Shown: in pieces, positions 61,301 to 64,000 of the stretch
Numbering within the stretch: position 1 is the first letter of the stretch
Layout: each line of letters begins with the position of its first letter
Origin: Euglena gracilis
Taxonomy: Eukaryota
NCBI GenBank assembly: GCA_039621445.1
Contig: CP154954.1
Span: forward strand, 23,262,954-23,326,953
Length of the DNA: 64,000 nucleotides
Direction: 5' to 3'
The notes under the pieces: model-generated
Seen by the model: the letters and a program-made list of their open reading frames with translations, nothing else
Told to the model about the DNA's origin: nothing
The model's database searches: none
Program-made: the position numbers and the translations under genes

Positions 61301-64000
61301 TGGTTACCTTGTAGAGACCAATCTAACAACGTTGAGCGGGAAATGTTCTGCTGTTTGGACAAGAATCGTAACCCTAACCCCACTCCTTCAAATAGCCTCA
61401 TAAATTCTTTTTGGGCACAGGAAAACGCCATCAGCAAATTCTTTTGCAGGGCGCCTTCGGCGCCCTAGGTCAACTTTTTTTGCCAAAAGTGGCCCAAAAT
61501 GGACATTTTCCCCTCATGTTTTTGCATATTCACCCCCAATTGGGGGTTCTGGAGCCATTAGGGTGGGTTTTGACTGGTTTAGGGGTGATTTGGACATAAG
61601 TTTTTTTTGAGGGTCCCCCCTACCCCCCCCCCCCCCCCCCCCCCTACCCCTACCTAGTGCTGAGCTCTTGATAAGCGCGCCCCCACCACCGACGGTCCGG
61701 CCCGGCCCGGCCCGGCCGGCGGCCCGGCGTCCCAGCGAATCGTTTCGGGCCCAAAAATTTTTTTCGATTTTTTTCGACTTTTTTGACCGGGTTTGACCCA
61801 AAGTCAATGGGTCGGCGGCCCAAAACGGGGCGCTGGCCATCATGACCAATGATGGCCATCATTGGTCATGATGGCCATCATGGGCCATGATGGCCATCAT
61901 TGGTCGTGATGGCCATCATTGGTCATGATGGGCATCATGGGTCATGATGGCCATCATGGGTCATGATGGCCATCATTGGTCATGATGGCCATCATTGGTC
62001 GTGATGGCCATCATTGGTCATGATGGCCATCATGGGTCATGATGGCCATCATTGGTCCTGATGGCCATCATTGGTCCTGATGGCCATCATTGGTCATGAT
62101 GGCCATCATTGGTCATGATGGCCATCATTGGGCATGATGGCCATCATTGGTCATGATGGCCATCATTGGTCATGATGGCCATCATTGGTCATGATGGCCA
62201 TCATTGGATTGGTCATGATGGCCATCATTGGTCATGATGGCCATCATTGGTCATGATGGGCCTCAGGGGTCATGATGGCCATCATTGGTCATGATGGCCA
62301 TCATTGGTCATGATGGCCATCATTGGTCATGATGGCCATCATTGGTCATGATGGCCATCATTGGTCATGATGGCCATCATTGGTCATGATGGCCATCATT
62401 GGTCATGATGGCCATCATTGGTCATGATGGCCATCATTGGTCATGATGGCCATCATTGGTCATGATGGCCATCATTGGTCATGATGGCCATCATTGGTCC
62501 TGATGGCCATCATTGGTCATGATGGCCATCATTGCCCATGATGGTCATCATGGGTCATCATGCACATTATGACCCATGATTGGCATCACCGGTCATGATG
62601 CGCATCATGGCCATCACAGGCCATGATGGCCATTATGGTCGAAAAACGCCCATTTTCGGCTCGAAAACCCCTTTTCCGGGTCCAGGAGGCCAAAAAACAT
62701 CGTTTCGGGCAAAAAAAATTTTTTCGATTTTTTTCGACTTTTTTGACCCGGTTTTGGCCCGAAGTCAATGGGTTGGCGGCCCAGAACGGGGCGCTGGCGG
62801 GTCGAAAAACGCTCATTTTCGGCTCAAAAACAGTTTTTTCCGGGTCCGGGAGGCCAAAAAACATCGTTTTGGGCAAAAAAAAAAATTTTCGATTTTTTTT
62901 GACTTTTTTGACCCGGTTTTGGCCCGAAGTCAATGGGTTGGCGGCCCAGAACGGGGTGCTGGCGGGTCGAAAAACGCTCATTTTCGGCTCAAAAACAGTT
63001 TTTCCAGGTCCGGGAGGCCAAAAAACATCGTTTTGGGCAAAAAAATTTTTTTCGATTTTTTCGATTTTTTTGGCCGAAAATGGCTAAGTCGAACAGTGGA
63101 AAACGTGTACAAAATGGCCAAAATTGGCCGAAAAAACGGCCGTATCTCGGGCTAGGCGGTGAGCTGCGATGAAACCAAAATCACAGTAGATAGAGCGTTC
63201 CAAGGGCTTCAATTTAGGTCTCTGGACATTTCCTTTGATTTTGCATCATTTTCGAGAAATTTTGAAAACATTGATTTTTTGACCCCCCACCCCCCGAAAA
63301 CGGCTAAGTCGAACAGAGGGAAAAGTGTACAAAACGGCCAGCTGCGCCGAAAACGGCCGTATCTCGGGCTAGACGGGGCGTTGCGGGGAAATCAAAATAC
63401 CAGTAGATGGGGCGTTCCAAGGGCTTCAAATTAGGTCTCCGGACATTTCCTTTGATTTTGCTTCATTTTGGAGATATTTTGAAAATTGACATTTTTTGGC
63501 CGTCCAAAGGGGGGGGGGGGGGGGGAGGGGGGGGGTGGGCGAATCCTACCCAGTTTGGACCCCTTCGCGCGTGAATAACTCGGGCCTGGCGGGGAGTTGG
63601 GGGTCAAACCCAGGTGATTCGGAAACTAGGAATCCAGTCGCTCGTGACTGAAAAAAAAATTTTCGGGAACGGGGCCGGGATCATGGTGATAATCCGCCGG
63701 TTCCCGAGGTGGCCCCGAGGGGGGGGGGAGGGGGGGGGGGTGGGGGGGGGGTTTTCCCCCAGTGGTAAGCTTCGCTCTTACCCATAAAGGGATAAGAGCT
63801 CAGCGACCCCCCCCTACCCCCCCCCCCCCCCCCCCCCCACCCCCCCCTTGCCCCCCCCGACCCCCCACCACCCCCCCCTTGCCCCCCTGCCCCCCCCCCT
63901 TGCCCCCCCCCCTACCCCCTACCCTACCCCCCCTACCACCCTACCCTACCCCCCCCTACCCCCCCCCTACCCCCCTAACCCTACCCTCACCCGGGTTCGT
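55348..64000. repeat. Tandem array B: three ~2.75-2.95-kb units plus the start of a probable fourth
   Basis: gttcagaaacgtgataaattgg at ~55448, ~58411 and ~61140; units end at ~58260, ~61022 and ~63806. Confidence 0.93.
56150..56970. repeat. 19-bp palindromic minisatellite (GGTCATGATGGCCATCATT)n; further blocks at ~59110-59875 and ~61834-62637
   Basis: Roughly 40 copies per block, each containing the 14-bp palindrome ATGATGGCCATCAT. Confidence 0.95.

Noticed and set aside
52138-63434. Many short F/K/G-rich ORFs in the arrays
   Set aside because: They are translations of A/T/G homopolymer-rich repeats, and frames differ between near-identical units.

Overview
Eukaryotic, repeat-dense DNA made almost entirely of transposable elements. 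The host is probably a euglenid, inferred from non-GT-AG stem-loop introns coexisting with short GT-AG introns. 1-1448: decayed CRE/SLACS-like (restriction-like endonuclease, RLE) non-LTR retrotransposon. 1449-19030: a 17.6-kb Ty3/gypsy chromodomain LTR retrotransposon on the minus strand, with LTRs, a tRNA-iMet-type PBS and a PPT. It has three unusual parts: a coiled-coil-extended Gag, a Dam-like N6-adenine DNA methyltransferase domain between protease and RT, and about 6 kb of extra sense-strand ORFs behind a splice acceptor after pol. About 19180-24530: a second CRE-like element with a 2A/StopGo motif and ~365-bp tandem repeats. About 24500-52100: nested MITE/foldback elements and fragments of Harbinger-like, pogo-like and hAT-like transposases. 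The Harbinger-like DDE gene can be rebuilt in frame by removing four non-canonical hairpin introns, one of which is still a recognisable MITE with TIRs and a TSD. 52100-64000: head-to-tail arrays of ~1.03-kb and ~2.8-kb units that share a conserved terminal hairpin; the larger units contain a palindromic 19-bp minisatellite. All family assignments come from motif recognition by eye; no database searches were run.
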